A stretch of DNA of 63,880 bases, the filler included, from Pirum gemmata (lineage: Eukaryota), in the NCBI GenBank assembly GCA_002812295.1. It is 25 parts of 25 records of this genome, joined end to end, with 100 filler letters (N's around TTAATTAATTAA, not from the genome) between each part and the next. Parts side by side here need not be neighbours in the genome. Positions count along the whole stretch, not along the records: positions 11,540 to 14,474 come from PDIN01007762.1; positions 14,575 to 16,779 come from PDIN01007763.1; positions 16,880 to 20,071 come from PDIN01007764.1; positions 20,172 to 22,341 come from PDIN01007765.1; positions 22,442 to 25,891 come from PDIN01007766.1; 20 more parts are not named here. One strand, 5' to 3'. The position numbers and the translations under genes were made by a program. The notes under the pieces are model-generated. The model searched no databases. It was not told the origin of the DNA and saw only the letters and a program-made list of their open reading frames with translations. Shown here in pieces: positions 12,175 through 24,780 of the stretch. How positions within the stretch are numbered: the first letter of the stretch is position 1; every line of letters starts with the position of its first letter.

Positions 12175-12246
12175 TAACAAATAACAACAANTTATTGTTA
12201 CTGTTACTGTTATTGTTATTGTTATTATATTATTATTGGTGATATA

Positions 12247-12278
<32 letters not shown>

Positions 12279-12378
12279 GTTATATTATGTACAGAGATAT
12301 TCTTACTATTTGATACCACTTTAATAATTAAATATTATTTTATTATTATATATTATTATTATTATTATTATTATTACC

Positions 12379-13995
12379 ATGTTTACATATCAATACAACA
12401 CCATGCTGTTTCTATTAATAGTAATATTATCAATAATACTAAGCTTAAGTCACAGTGCCTATGCTCTTGATGTCGTCTATAATGAAACTACAAATTTGAA
12501 AGTAAACAATACAACTACACATTTGAAAGTAAACAATACCATATTACAACCAGAAGATAATTATGTCGTCTCACAACACGGAAGAATTAGAGTAAGAGGA
12601 AATCAATTAGTCGATGATAAAAATATTAGTATACAATTCCATGGTCCTTCTTTTTATACGTCCAATCAAGGATGGGGAGGAGAAAAATTTTATACTAAAG
12701 AATCCGTGGACGCTACCAAATATGATTGGAGTGCTACTATTACACGGGTAGTTTTGGGTGTAGATGGTGCTGGGGGCTATCTCGAAAAACCAGAAGAAAA
12801 CTTTAAAACCATAACTACGGTCATTGATGCAGCCATAAAGGAAGACATGTATGTTGTTATTAACTATGGCCTTAATTTCTTTTCATTATTGAACAAACAT
12901 ACCGATGAAGAGAAAAAGGTGATGCAACAAAATTGTATTGATTTTTTTAGAAAAATAATTGAACGCTATGGGGGTTTTAATCATGTTATTTATGAAATTT
13001 GGAGTTCGCAGGACGATTTTAATTATATTGTGGACGAATGGAAAGTAATGAAGCCTTTAATGGAAGAAGTGATTAAAGCCATTCGTCAAGTAGAACCTCC
13101 AGGTTCAGAAAACTTAATCGTTGTTCCAACACCCTTTCAAAGTGCACTACCAAATCTAGTGATTGGTTATGAAATAGAAGACAATAACGTAGCGTATAGC
13201 TGGCGACGAAGCGCCGACAACACCACTGGGGCTGAAAAAGCAATGCAGGCGGGGGTACCGTTAATCGCAACAGAATGGAATTTGGATTATTTAGAAGCTG
13301 ATTCTATAGATAAAAAGTCTTTAATAAATTATGATTTTCTTGAGTCGAACAATATTTCGAGTTTGAGTTATGGTTTGATCGATTTCAATCCGAAGGTAAC
13401 GCAATTAATTGAGTGTGACGATATTGTGGATAAATATGACAGGTGTATTTCGAATACACCTTTATACAATAGAAAAACAACAAGTTTCGGTGCTGCTCTG
13501 CAACTACATTTAAAAGATACTTTTACTTCTGTTGCTGATTGTCTGAGTAATAGTTCGAGACATTGGTCTGAATGGATCACTGATAATTCAACAATAACTA
13601 ACGAAACAGTAGTAACTTACAGACAGAGACAAGGTTGTCAATCAACTATGTTCGAACACAAAACTAATGCCATACCCACCATCATACCCCCCATACCCCC
13701 CGCCGACAGGTCTACAACTCCTTCCCCTAAACCAAACGAAGAAGATCAAAATAGCGTAATTATCATGGGTGCTGTTTTTGGTGGTGTAGGGGTGGTTTTG
13801 TTAATAGGCGCCTTGCTTTTGTGTTATTACTATTGTTGTAAAAATAAGAAACCTGAAGTCAAAGAAGACTTGCTTAACGGTCTTAATCCATTTGAGTTTG
13901 TAATGGATACTACTATGGCGTCAAATGACACTTCGATTGTAACATTAATGACGGATGAAGAATATGCCGAGGCAAAAGATAAAGAAGAACAGTTA

Positions 13996-14058
<63 letters not shown>

Positions 14059-14214
14059 CCTAGGGAAGGATACGTAGAATTAGGAATATTCGGCAGCGAT
14101 CGCGACTCAACGGCATTGTATTATAGACCCATTGATCATTCAGGTTATATATATACAGTTGATCCTGATGAAGTGTTAACATTACAAGATAACAAAATTA
14201 GTAATATATTCTAA
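12379..14214 (+). CDS. Type I membrane protein with a GH5 (Cel5/endoglucanase Z-like) ectodomain, probably catalytically inactive
   Basis: Signal peptide, then VVSQHGRIRVRGNQLVD, GWGGEKFY, DWSATITRVVLGV, VIDAAIKEDMYVVI, VIYEIW, NLIVVPTP and GVPLIATEW. WSEW..RQR motif, Pro/Thr stalk, TM helix with a CYYYCC cluster, polyQ and a Tyr-rich tail. Intronless. Confidence 0.88.
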
Positions 14215-14849
14215 TGAAGCAATTAAAATTTCCAAACTATATTTTTCCTGAAACCAAATTAAAAGCAAATAACATTGGACTGAACATCGGTGAATAGGTT
14301 TACTGTTAATATTATATCAATAATAAAAAATAATATAAGAGACTATGATACAAGAGTCCAAATAATAAAAATATTAAATTTATATAATTAAAAGAAATTT
14401 TTCCTTTTCCTTTACCCTAACCCTAACCCTAAGACCCTCTTTTATTTTCTGTTTGCTTTTTTTATAATAATAATNNNNNNNNNNNNNNNNNNNNNNNNNN
14501 NNNNNNNNNNNNNNNNNNTTAATTAATTAANNNNNNNNNNNNNNNNNNNNNNNNNNNNNNNNNNNNNNNNNNNNAACAAACAACAAACAACAAACCACAA
14601 ACCACAAACCACAAACAACGAACAACAAACAACAAAAAACAAAAAACAAACAACAAACAACAAACAAACAATAAATAAAACACAACTAATAACTAATAAT
14701 TAACAATTAACAATTAACAATTAACAATTAACAGTTAACAAAGAACAAAGATCAAAGAATAACAATAATAAGAATAAGAATAAGAATAAGAATAAGAATA
14801 AGAATAACAATAAAAGTAAGATTAAGATTAAGAATAAGAATAAGAATAA

Positions 14850-14891
<42 letters not shown>

Positions 14892-15150
14892 GAATAAGAA
14901 TAATAATAAGAATAAGAATAATAAGAAGAAGAATAATAATAATAAGAATAATAATAAGAATAATAAGAATAATAAGAATAATAAGAATAATAAGAATAAA
15001 ATATAATAATAACAAATAAATAATAATCAATTGACAATAATAATATGAATTATATATAATAATTAATTCAATTTTTTAACGGATTTGTATTAAAATATTA
15101 ATAAATATAATATCAAAAAGGCCAAAATTTAAACATAAAATAAAAGAAAG

Positions 15151-16620
15151 ATGATGATGATAAAAATATTATTTTTCCTCGATTTCAATTCTGAAGAAAG
15201 TTACATTTCTTACAAACTTTTAGTGGATGCGCTGGATTCATTAACACTAAGAAAAAATGAATTTGAATACTACAAACATGAAAATATCAATATTGATTTC
15301 ATGGTTAATCATTATGTTACAGACCCAAGAATACCAATGGAAAATGGTGGTTATGATTTAAAGTCTTATCACCAAGAAAAAACGGGAGTGCTACCTAACC
15401 TATTTGACAAATCAACTGTTATACATAGAATAGGTAAACTAGCCTTACAATATATATATTTTAAAATTCCGAATTAAATTTTATTAGGGTTAGGGTTAGA
15501 GTTAGGGTTAAGGTTAGGGTTAAGGTTAGGGTTAGAGTTATAGTTATAGTTAGGGTTAGGGTTAGGGTTAGGGTTAGGGTTAGGGTTAGGGTTAGGGTTA
15601 GGGTTAGGGTTAGGGTTAGGGTTAGGGTTAGGGTTAGGGGTAGNNNNNNNNNNNNNNNNNNNNNNNNNNNNNNNNNNNNNNNNNNNNNNNNNNNNNNNNN
15701 NNNNNNNNNNNNNNNNNNNNNNNNNNNNNNNNNNNNNNNNNNNNNNNNNNNNNNNNNNNNNNNNNNNNNNNNNNNNNNNNNNNNNNNNNNNNNNNNAGGG
15801 TTAGGGTTAGGGTTAGGGTTAGGGTTAGGGTTAGGGTTAGGGTTAGGGTTAGGGTTAGGGTTAGGGTTAGGGTTAGGGTTAGGGTTAGGGTTAGGGTTAG
15901 GGTAAGAATTTGGGTTAATAATTATTTTTGTTTTGTTTATTCTTTTCAATTGAGTAGTAGTATAATAATATTAATTTATAATTATTATTCTTATTCTTTT
16001 CGGTAATAATAATAGGAGAATCTGTAGGCATAGATTTCAATGATAATCGAAGGGTTGTTAACACTATACATGCTCACCGACTTTTGAAATTCGCCCAAAG
16101 TTTTGGAATGAAATATCAATTAAAAGTAAGTTCCATGATTTTTTATGAGCATTTCGAAAAAGCCATGGACATATCTAAGGTTGAAAATCTAGTTTATATT
16201 GCTGAAAAGTGTAATTTGCCTGGTGATATTGTCCGTATGTTTCTTAATGAAGATAAGTCTAGTTTACTGGATGTAATGAAAGAGTCTCAATATGCTAAAG
16301 ATGTCATGGGTATTAAAAAAGCACCTACTATAGTAATTAAACAGCCTGATACACAACATCAACACCAACAACAACCACAACAACCACAACAACCACAGCA
16401 ACCTCCATGTTATGAGCCATGTTGTGAAGAGCAAAACAAAGAACAACAGCGAATAGTTTGCAATGCGAGTGGTTGTATAATTGAAGGATACGTAAACAAT
16501 TATGCTATTAAAAATTTGTTTCTTCAATTATGTCAAAACCAATCTAATAATAGTAAGATGGAAAATCAGAAAATTAATGTTAACTATTTAGAAAGAGAAA
16601 TAGGAAATTATATAGAATAA
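15151..16620 (+). CDS. DsbA/FrnE-like thioredoxin-fold protein (2 exons: 15151-15433, 16016-16620)
   Basis: A phase-1 GT-AG join gives ..HRIGESVGIDFNDNRRVVNTIHAHRLLKFA..FYEHFEKAMDIS..GIKKAPTIVI, typical of FrnE-like DsbA proteins. The CPWC position reads SEES. Confidence 0.8.
15484..15905 (+). repeat. Intronic (TTAGGG)n telomere-like array
   Basis: Long TTAGGG tract, spanning a gap, inside intron 15434-16015. Confidence 0.9.
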
Positions 16621-17721
16621 TTTATAAGTTTTTTTAAAAAAAAATCAAAAAAAATCCAGAAAATATATAAGTAGCATTTGTAATATGATTGAAAACAAAT
16701 GCAACAATTAAGGGAAAAGGCAAGAAAATAAAATTTAAATAATAATAATAATTAATAATATTAATAATAATAATAATATNNNNNNNNNNNNNNNNNNNNN
16801 NNNNNNNNNNNNNNNNNNNNNNNTTAATTAATTAANNNNNNNNNNNNNNNNNNNNNNNNNNNNNNNNNNNNNNNNNNNNATAATAATAATAATATTAAAA
16901 GAATTCGTTATTGGGTTAGGGTAAGGACTGATTTGGAGAAGTTATAGAGTTAGGGTTATTCCCATTAATGTTATATAGATGATTTTTTTTTTTTTAATTA
17001 ATGGAGAAGCTATATTATTAATTTATTATGATTAGGGAGGGTTTTGGCTAGGGCTAGGTAGGGCTAGGGCTAGGGTTAGGGTTAGGGTTAGGGTTAAGGA
17101 TCGGGCTCTAGCTAGAGCTAGGGTTAGGGTTAGGGCTAGGGCTAGGGTTAGCGTTAGAATAAGGGTTAGGGTTAGGGTTAAAGTTAAAGTTTTAAGGTTA
17201 GGCGGGTTGATTTTAGGGTTAGTGTTGGTGTTAGGGTTAGAGTTATATAGAATTATGCATAGTTTTAGGGTACCTACATTTATAATTAAGGTTTTAAGGT
17301 TAGGGTTATATTAGAATTAGGGTTAGGGTTAGGGTTAGGATAACCCTTAGGGGAATTAGGGTGGTAGGCGCTCTAGGTTATGGTTTGGGTAATTTTACAT
17401 ATTATAATATTTGTTATGTACTAGTAACTAACTGGACAACTAGCTATGATAGTAGACTAGTGACTATTGATAGCCAAACAACTAGCTAGCCAGTAGCGAG
17501 GTTGTAACGGATTTGTGAAATTTCTAAAGCAATCTATGATACTTCTATGATATATGTTTTAAAATTTTATTTATAGAATATCATTATAAATATATAATTA
17601 TAATTTTTTTTTATTATTATGATATGANNNNNNNNNNNNNNNNNNNNNNNNNNNNNNNNNNNNNNNNNNNNNNNNNNNNNNNNNNNNNNNNNNNNNNNNN
17701 NNNNNNNNNNNNNACTTCTTA

Positions 17722-17753
<32 letters not shown>

Positions 17754-18329
17754 TAATATTTTTTAAAAAATAATAAAACTAAAATCATAGAAGAGCATTT
17801 CTGGCTAAATACAGCTTCAAATACCCCTACCTACCTACCCCTCGACGTTAATTTCCGGTCAAATACCACCTACCTACCATCCCCTTGACGTGCCATGTAA
17901 CGTCACTAACGCGTTTAGTAAAATATCACATTGTCTGGATTATCATTTGTGAAAGGTGCGTGGCTCAGTGGTGGCTCAGCGTGGCTCACCTTTTTAATAG
18001 CGTGGCTCACTTTGATAAAAATCAAAGAAGTAAAAAATCTTATATAGCGTAAGTTATTTAAAAAGGTTCAACTTTTTTGACTAATAATTTCAAAAGTCAT
18101 TTTTTTTTTGTGTGTTTGAGCATTTCGAATCTATTAAATTCCTATTTATATTATTTATGTTTGAAAACTGAAAATTCTATTGAAACCTAAAAGTTGGAGA
18201 TTTTTTGATTATTTTCACCATAAGATTATTTTTTTATTTTATTGTTTTTTTTTATAAAAATAAATTAATATCTAAATATAATAATTATTATTACTAAATA
18301 AAGGAATATGGCATCAAGGTTGGGAAAAA

Positions 18330-18364
<35 letters not shown>

Positions 18365-18969
18365 GCACTGCTACATAGACTATAATCTGACTATTAAGTC
18401 TGATCGAGCCAATTTTAAAAGTCAAATACAGCTTCAAATACCCCTACTTACCGACCTCTCGACGTTAATTATTTCCGGTCAAATGCCACCTACTTACCTA
18501 CCCCTTGACGTGACGTATTATTTGAATGCTCCCTTATGGCTTGAAGGTTGATTTTGAGAGAGTTGATCCGATCGGTAGAGATTCGGCGAAGTTTTGAATG
18601 GCGCTGTGATTTTTTTTTTAAAAGGTTGTTTTTCCATACAAAACTATAAGACAAAACTCTAGTAGTAGCAAAAGGTCTGTGCGTTACAAAAGTTCCAACA
18701 CAAAGGAGTTGAAAGTACAACAATATAATAGAATATAATATCGATAACAAATTACACATGGCATTGTGTTGTTACAATTTACAATTTTTTATTATTATCA
18801 TATTAATAATAAAAAAAAAGAATACCAGACAACTAGAAATGACAATAACCAAAATTATAATAACTATAATAGCTCTATAATAATTATACTGTCTATTTCA
18901 TTAGTCCTCTCAATCTTTAATTTGTATAATTGAGATTTGACATGAATAACAAACTAGCTCTAGCTATTA

Positions 18970-19077
18970 GGGAGCGTTCAAATACTACGTAACGCTAATT
19001 TCCGGCAAAAACCTACCCACCTACTCAAAAGTCACACAATCGTAACATCGAGAAAAATGACCTACCCATAATGACGT
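18970..19077 (-). mobile_element. End of a Harbinger-like family B element
   Basis: TTA|GGGAGCGTTCAAATACTACGTAACG, reverse complement of the 42070-42191 arm, running into a gap. Confidence 0.7.
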
Positions 19078-19163
19078 NNNNNNNNNNNNNNNNNNNNNNN
19101 NTAACCCTAACCGTAACCCTAACCCTAACCCTAACCCTAACCCTAACCCTAACCCTGACGCAG

Positions 19164-19318
19164 GTACTAGCTCAACGACTGGCACAATATATGCAAAATT
19201 TTACATTATATTCTTTTGTTCGTCCTTTTGGTTGCAGTGTTTTGATGGGAAAATGTGAACCGTCTGAAGGGCCTAAATTATTTATGGTTGAGCCATCAGG
19301 AGTTACGTTTGGTTACAG
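19164..19318 (+). CDS. PSMA3: 20S proteasome alpha-7 subunit, internal exon
   Basis: CAG/GT-bounded exon encoding VLAQRLAQYMQNFTLYSFVRPFGCSVLMG..LFMVEPSGVTFGY, matching the alpha-7 motif TLYSxVRPFG..DPSG..GY. Confidence 0.88.
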
Positions 19319-19364
19319 GTATGTAAGGCAACAAAAAGCCTTTTTATATATGCTTTATTATTGG

Positions 19365-19830
<466 letters not shown>

Positions 19831-20746
19831 GGCTTAATACTACTTCGAACTATACTTTATTGTATTATTATGTCATTATGCAATTATTATTATATCCCTA
19901 TCCCTATTATTATATTATTGTAATGTTTACTTATCGAGCTTATTATCATTACTATGATAATTATTATGAAATTATTATGTTATTTTTTTAATGTACTAAT
20001 GTTTTGTTATACTATTTATGTTGTGCTTTATTGTAATGGTTGTTATTGTTATTGTTATTGTTATTGTTATTNNNNNNNNNNNNNNNNNNNNNNNNNNNNN
20101 NNNNNNNNNNNNNNNTTAATTAATTAANNNNNNNNNNNNNNNNNNNNNNNNNNNNNNNNNNNNNNNNNNNNCCTAACCCTAACCCTAACCCTAACCCTAA
20201 CCCTGTTTACAAGTATCTCTTCATATTATATCAATAGAAAGTTTAGGCAAGTTTAGACAAGTTCAGGAATAACAAAATACTTTTTTTCTATCATATTTGT
20301 AACTTCAGCTACCGTAGTTAGCCTCTTTAGCTAGCTAGCTAACTAGCAAAACTCTGTAGCTAGCTAGCTAGACAAGTTCGACCCGACCCGATCAGACTAT
20401 TGCTCAAACCACTCAAAGTTCAAACTACTACTAGTCTCTAGCTAGCTAGTATGAAGTAGAAAAGTTTTTCAATGTTTACTGGTAGGGGAGCGTTCAAATA
20501 CTACGTAACGCTTACGGGTAGGTAGGGGGGGGTAGAATTTTGTGACCAAAGTGTGACCATTTAATTAGTGTAGGTAGGTAGATATTTCGCAATGTTACGT
20601 CACTTTCCACACACACACACATCGATTTATAAGAACATTAATACATGTATATTTTTTACACGTTAGTTCTTGTTTTCCTATATTCGTTTTACAAGCGAAA
20701 CAGAAACTTTCTTGCTCAAAAAAACATTGAGAACAATACGGTTCCG

Positions 20747-21049
20747 TTAAATTTCTAGGTCTTTTTTTATTGTCACAACATTGAGAGTCGACTCAATCTG
20801 CTCCTTAATCTTTACCACGCATTTTTCACAAAGCTTTTCTTCACTATTATAGATTTTTCCATATTTTTTCATATATATACAATATTTTTCTTCTAGGAAC
20901 TCATATTTTTCATTTTCAATATACCCTTGACAAATACTACAACCGTGTTTTTTACAACCAACAATAATGGGTTTTATTTCCGAATCTTCATACAATTCAT
21001 TAAATTTTTTCCGTTTTTTAATGATTTTTTCTGTAATTCACAAATACAT
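20747..21049 (-). pseudogene. Cargo ORF2, Cys-motif (possible Zn-binding) protein with TGA at codon 4
   Basis: TTTCAAAATG at 21049 reads MYL*ITEKIIKKRKKFNELYEDSEIKPIIVGCKKHGCSICQG..LCEKC.. in a single frame. Confidence 0.55.
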
Positions 21050-21088
21050 TTTGAAAATTGTTACTATCAATATTTATTTTAGAAAAAT

Positions 21089-21418
21089 CTAGTTGTAAAT
21101 CAAAAAACTCATATCTGGCAAAATTTTCAATTGGTATTTGTAAATATTTTTTAAATGATTTACAATACACCTATCATTTTTAATTTCTACAATTTGTTTT
21201 TGTAAATCGGTTATATTTTGCAATGGTACATATTCTGTTAGGCGAATTTGTTTTTTAATTATATTGTTAAATATATTTTGATGTTCTTCTTTTAAAAGAT
21301 TTTTGTTTGCTTTATTTCCCTTCAAAATACTATGGAATGATCTTTGTGCAAAATTTGGTTCTTGTTTTGCCTTTTCTACTTTTTCTAATATTGTGATAAT
21401 TTCATTACTTTCACTCAT
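21089..21418 (-). CDS. Cargo ORF1, 109-aa hypothetical protein
   Basis: Intact intronless ORF with TTTCAAAATG context and TATATAA just upstream, inside element B. Confidence 0.6.
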   Translation of the reverse strand: MSESNEIITILEKVEKAKQEPNFAQRSFHSILKGNKANKNLLKEEHQNIFNNIIKKQIRLTEYVPLQNITDLQKQIVEIKNDRCIVNHLKNIYKYQLKILPDMSFLIYN

Positions 21419-22675
21419 TTTGAAATTTGAATTATATATATAGTGGGGAAAAAAAAATGAGCTTTTTTTGGGATTTTTTGATCTTTTTTTGGGATTTTTT
21501 GAGCTTTTTTTGCTTTTTTGAGTATACTAATTAGGGTACTATTTTTTTTTTTTTAAAAAACGTTTGGGTAGGTCATTTTTCTCGATGTTACGATTGTATG
21601 ACATTTGAGTAGGTGGGTAGGTAGTATTTGAACGCTCCCTACTAGCTAGAGAGGAAAGTAGAGGTTAGGAACTTAGGATAGGTTAGGGTTACTAAATTTA
21701 AAAAATAACGCACCCATTTATATTTATTAGCTTATCTTTACTTTAGCTTATTACTTTTAAAAAACTCACCGTATTTGTTAAATATTACTATTTTAAAAAT
21801 CTACATATTTGTAAAATATCTCTTTTTTAGGCAAAAATGCACCTATAAAGTTTGGATGAGCTAAGGTTATCAGGTTACTCGGGCAGCCAGGCTACTCAGC
21901 TAGCTAGTAGTAGCTAGCTAGGGTAGTCTAACTTATCATATCATATTATTTATTCCACGGAATCTAGCTACTACTAGACTAGCTATTGATAGCCAGTAGT
22001 GTAGAGGGGGTCTACTATCATAGTGGTACTGTGGTAGACCCCTGGGGCCTACTAGCTAGCTAGCTAGCTAGCTAACTCCTAGGCTCTTGATATCACCTAA
22101 CCCTAACCCTAACCCTAACCCTAACCCTAACAAAGCCCACAACAAAAACAAATCAATAATAGTCTAATAATAATAATAATTATTATTATTGTAAAAATTG
22201 CTTATTATTATTATTATTACTATTGCTTATTATTATTGGTTATTATTGTTTATTGATATTACTGATTATTGATTATTATTATTATTATTATTATTATTAG
22301 AGATTATTATTATTATTATTATTAGCGATTATTATTATTATNNNNNNNNNNNNNNNNNNNNNNNNNNNNNNNNNNNNNNNNNNNNTTAATTAATTAANNN
22401 NNNNNNNNNNNNNNNNNNNNNNNNNNNNNNNNNNNNNNNNNTAATAATAATAATAATAATAATAAATAGACCAAATACTATGATATTAATAAATATGATA
22501 ATATTATGATATATTATCATTATCATACGAGAAAAAAAAAAATAAAAAATAAAAAATATAAAAAAATAAAAATATTACTTGAGCTATGATAGCTTGAGAT
22601 AGACGATTTATAGGCCAGTAGCTAGCTAGCTAGCTACAGCTAGTAGCTACTAACTACTAGCTACTAGGAATGTAA

Positions 22676-23185
22676 CTGAAATAAATAATACCAAATTATT
22701 ACTATCTGACATGTTTTAATTAATTTGTCATTTTATACTAAATGTTTTATTTTATAAACAAGTTCAGTTTAACAGTTAAATAGTACCAAATTAAAGATTG
22801 AGAAGATCCTCCTAACCAAAGAGTCTAACCAAAGAGTATAAATAGTGTTGCTTACGCTATTTGCACATGTTGGGCAAAGTGTTTTTAGTGTTTCTTTTAG
22901 TTCTTGGTATGATAATAAACATACTCTTTTTCTAGATTTCCATTTTAATGGCTTAGATTACAATTTGAAAGCTAACAATTTTCATCTGATTTGGTTAGAT
23001 TGTTGTGTGGGGGGGGTTCGTGTTTTTCAATAGAGTCGCCCAGTCCAAAAACTGAAATCCTACCAAATTATTATTATGATTGAACTATCGGGCATGTTTT
23101 AATTAATTTGGTATTTAATACTTAATATTGTATTTTATAAAAAAGCTCAATTATACATTAAACAGTACCAAATTAAAGTTTGAAA
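22676..23185 (-). repeat. Two copies of dispersed repeat family D (~140 bp)
   Basis: 22676-22803 and 23047-23185 match the reverse complement of 58098-58240. Fragments at ~11370, 18908 and 31660. Confidence 0.65.
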
Positions 23186-24263
23186 GGACGATAGTTAAAC
23201 CGGTAGACCAGGGACCAGTACCGGTAGGCCCGGGGGTCTACCGGTAGTTCCGGTAGTGCTTTGTTATCATATCATTATAAAATGTACAATAACTAGTACC
23301 AAATTCATATTTATACTACCGGTATAAATCCATTTTTAATTTAATTTGGTTTATTTAATTATTTTTATTCCTCCAAATAAATATTCAGAGTGACAAAATA
23401 AATGAAAAGCACTTTAATACAGTTAGAATTTTAAGTAATTAATAATCTTACTAACACAAAAACTGAATTCATTTTTAATTTATAATAATAAATAAATGGT
23501 CAGGACGTAGCGCTACTATCATACCATCCTCCTCTTTATACTTCCAAAATACAAATGAATGGCAGCAGATTTAAAAAAGGTATACATAATACCTTTTAAA
23601 TTAATTAACTATTTAGTGGCTCCAATTAACACATAAACCTGTTTGTATATGGAAGCATTTTAGTCATCAACAGTTAACACAAAAATCTGATATGGAAACA
23701 TTATATCATAATACCAATTACTTGTTCTACAACCAGTAAGTCATCAGCAATTAATATTAGGTACGCGAAGCTTAATAAAAGGTATATAAAATACCTTTTA
23801 AATTAATTAACTATTAGTGACTCCAATTAACACATAAACCTGATTGTATATAGAAACATTATATCATAATACCAATCACTACCAATTGGGTACAACAAAA
23901 TCGTTAAGTGCATATTTTACAATATACCATTCAATACACTAACCTTAAACTAATCCATATTAATAGCTAAGTAGCTACATGTAAATATACTTAATTAATA
24001 AATACTTTCCAATAAATATTATATATATGCCAAACCTTTGTCTTGTATAGATTTGATTCGTTTTTTTTTTGTTGAAAATATCAACAATGAATAGGCAATA
24101 ATGAGAATATATATATATATATAATAACAAAATGTTATTTATTGCTTAATCGAAATATATTTACTATATTTAAACTACATCATTGTATTGGTAGCGTTTT
24201 TGGTAAAAATACGTTAATTGAAGAATGGAATCATTGTTAACCTAAGCAATAAAAGGTTTAGTA

Positions 24264-24706
24264 TTAGGTTAGTGTTAGGCTATGGGTTAGTGTTAGGCTA
24301 TGGGTTAAGGTTAGGGTAAGGGTTGGGGTTGGGGTTAGGGTTGAGGTTGGTGTTAGGGTTGGGGTTGGGGTTAGGGTTGAGGTTAGTGTTAGGGTTGGGG
24401 TTGGGTTTAGGCTTAGGCTTAGCATTAGCGTTAGCGTTAGCGTTAACGTTAGTGTTAGCGTTAGCATTAGCATTAGCGTTGGCATTAGCGTTAGCATTAG
24501 CGTTGGCGTCAGGTTTAGCGTTAGCGTTAAGATTAGGGTTAAAGTTAGCGTTAGCATTAGCGTTAGCCTTAGCGTTAGCCTTAGCGTTAGCCTTAGCGTT
24601 AGCGTTAGCGTTAGCGTTAGCGTTAGCGTTAGCGTTAGCGTTAGCGTTAGCGTTAGCGTTAGCGTTAGCGTTAGCGTTAGCGTTAGCGTTAGCGTTAGCG
24701 TTAGCG
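24264..24706. repeat. Telomere-like tract grading from TTAGGG to (TTAGCG)n
   Basis: Directly visible hexamer array. Confidence 0.9.
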
Positions 24707-24744
24707 NNNNNNNNNNNNNNNNNNNNNNNATAATAATAATAACC

Positions 24745-24779
<35 letters not shown>

Positions 24780-24780
24780 C

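Larger units (their letters stand above)
20486..21639. mobile_element. Non-autonomous Harbinger-like element (family B) carrying two cargo ORFs
   Basis: Perfect 19-bp TIR GGGAGCGTTCAAATACTAC with flanks TAG/TAC. Both arms match the copy at 41823-42191. Confidence 0.85.

Noticed and set aside
15484..15905. True chromosome ends or nanochromosomes
   Set aside because: Telomere-like tracts have unique DNA on both sides and often lie inside introns. Scaffold ends are mostly other microsatellites.
18308..18318. ATGGCATCAAG|GT as the first PSMA3 exon
   Set aside because: Plausible but too short, and the intervening exons are not visible.
21038..21040. Genome-wide TGA reassignment
   Set aside because: Conserved exons (CHORDC1, PSMA3, GH5) use TGG and TGT/TGC with no in-frame TGA. 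The in-frame TGAs occur mostly in sequences that also show other damage.
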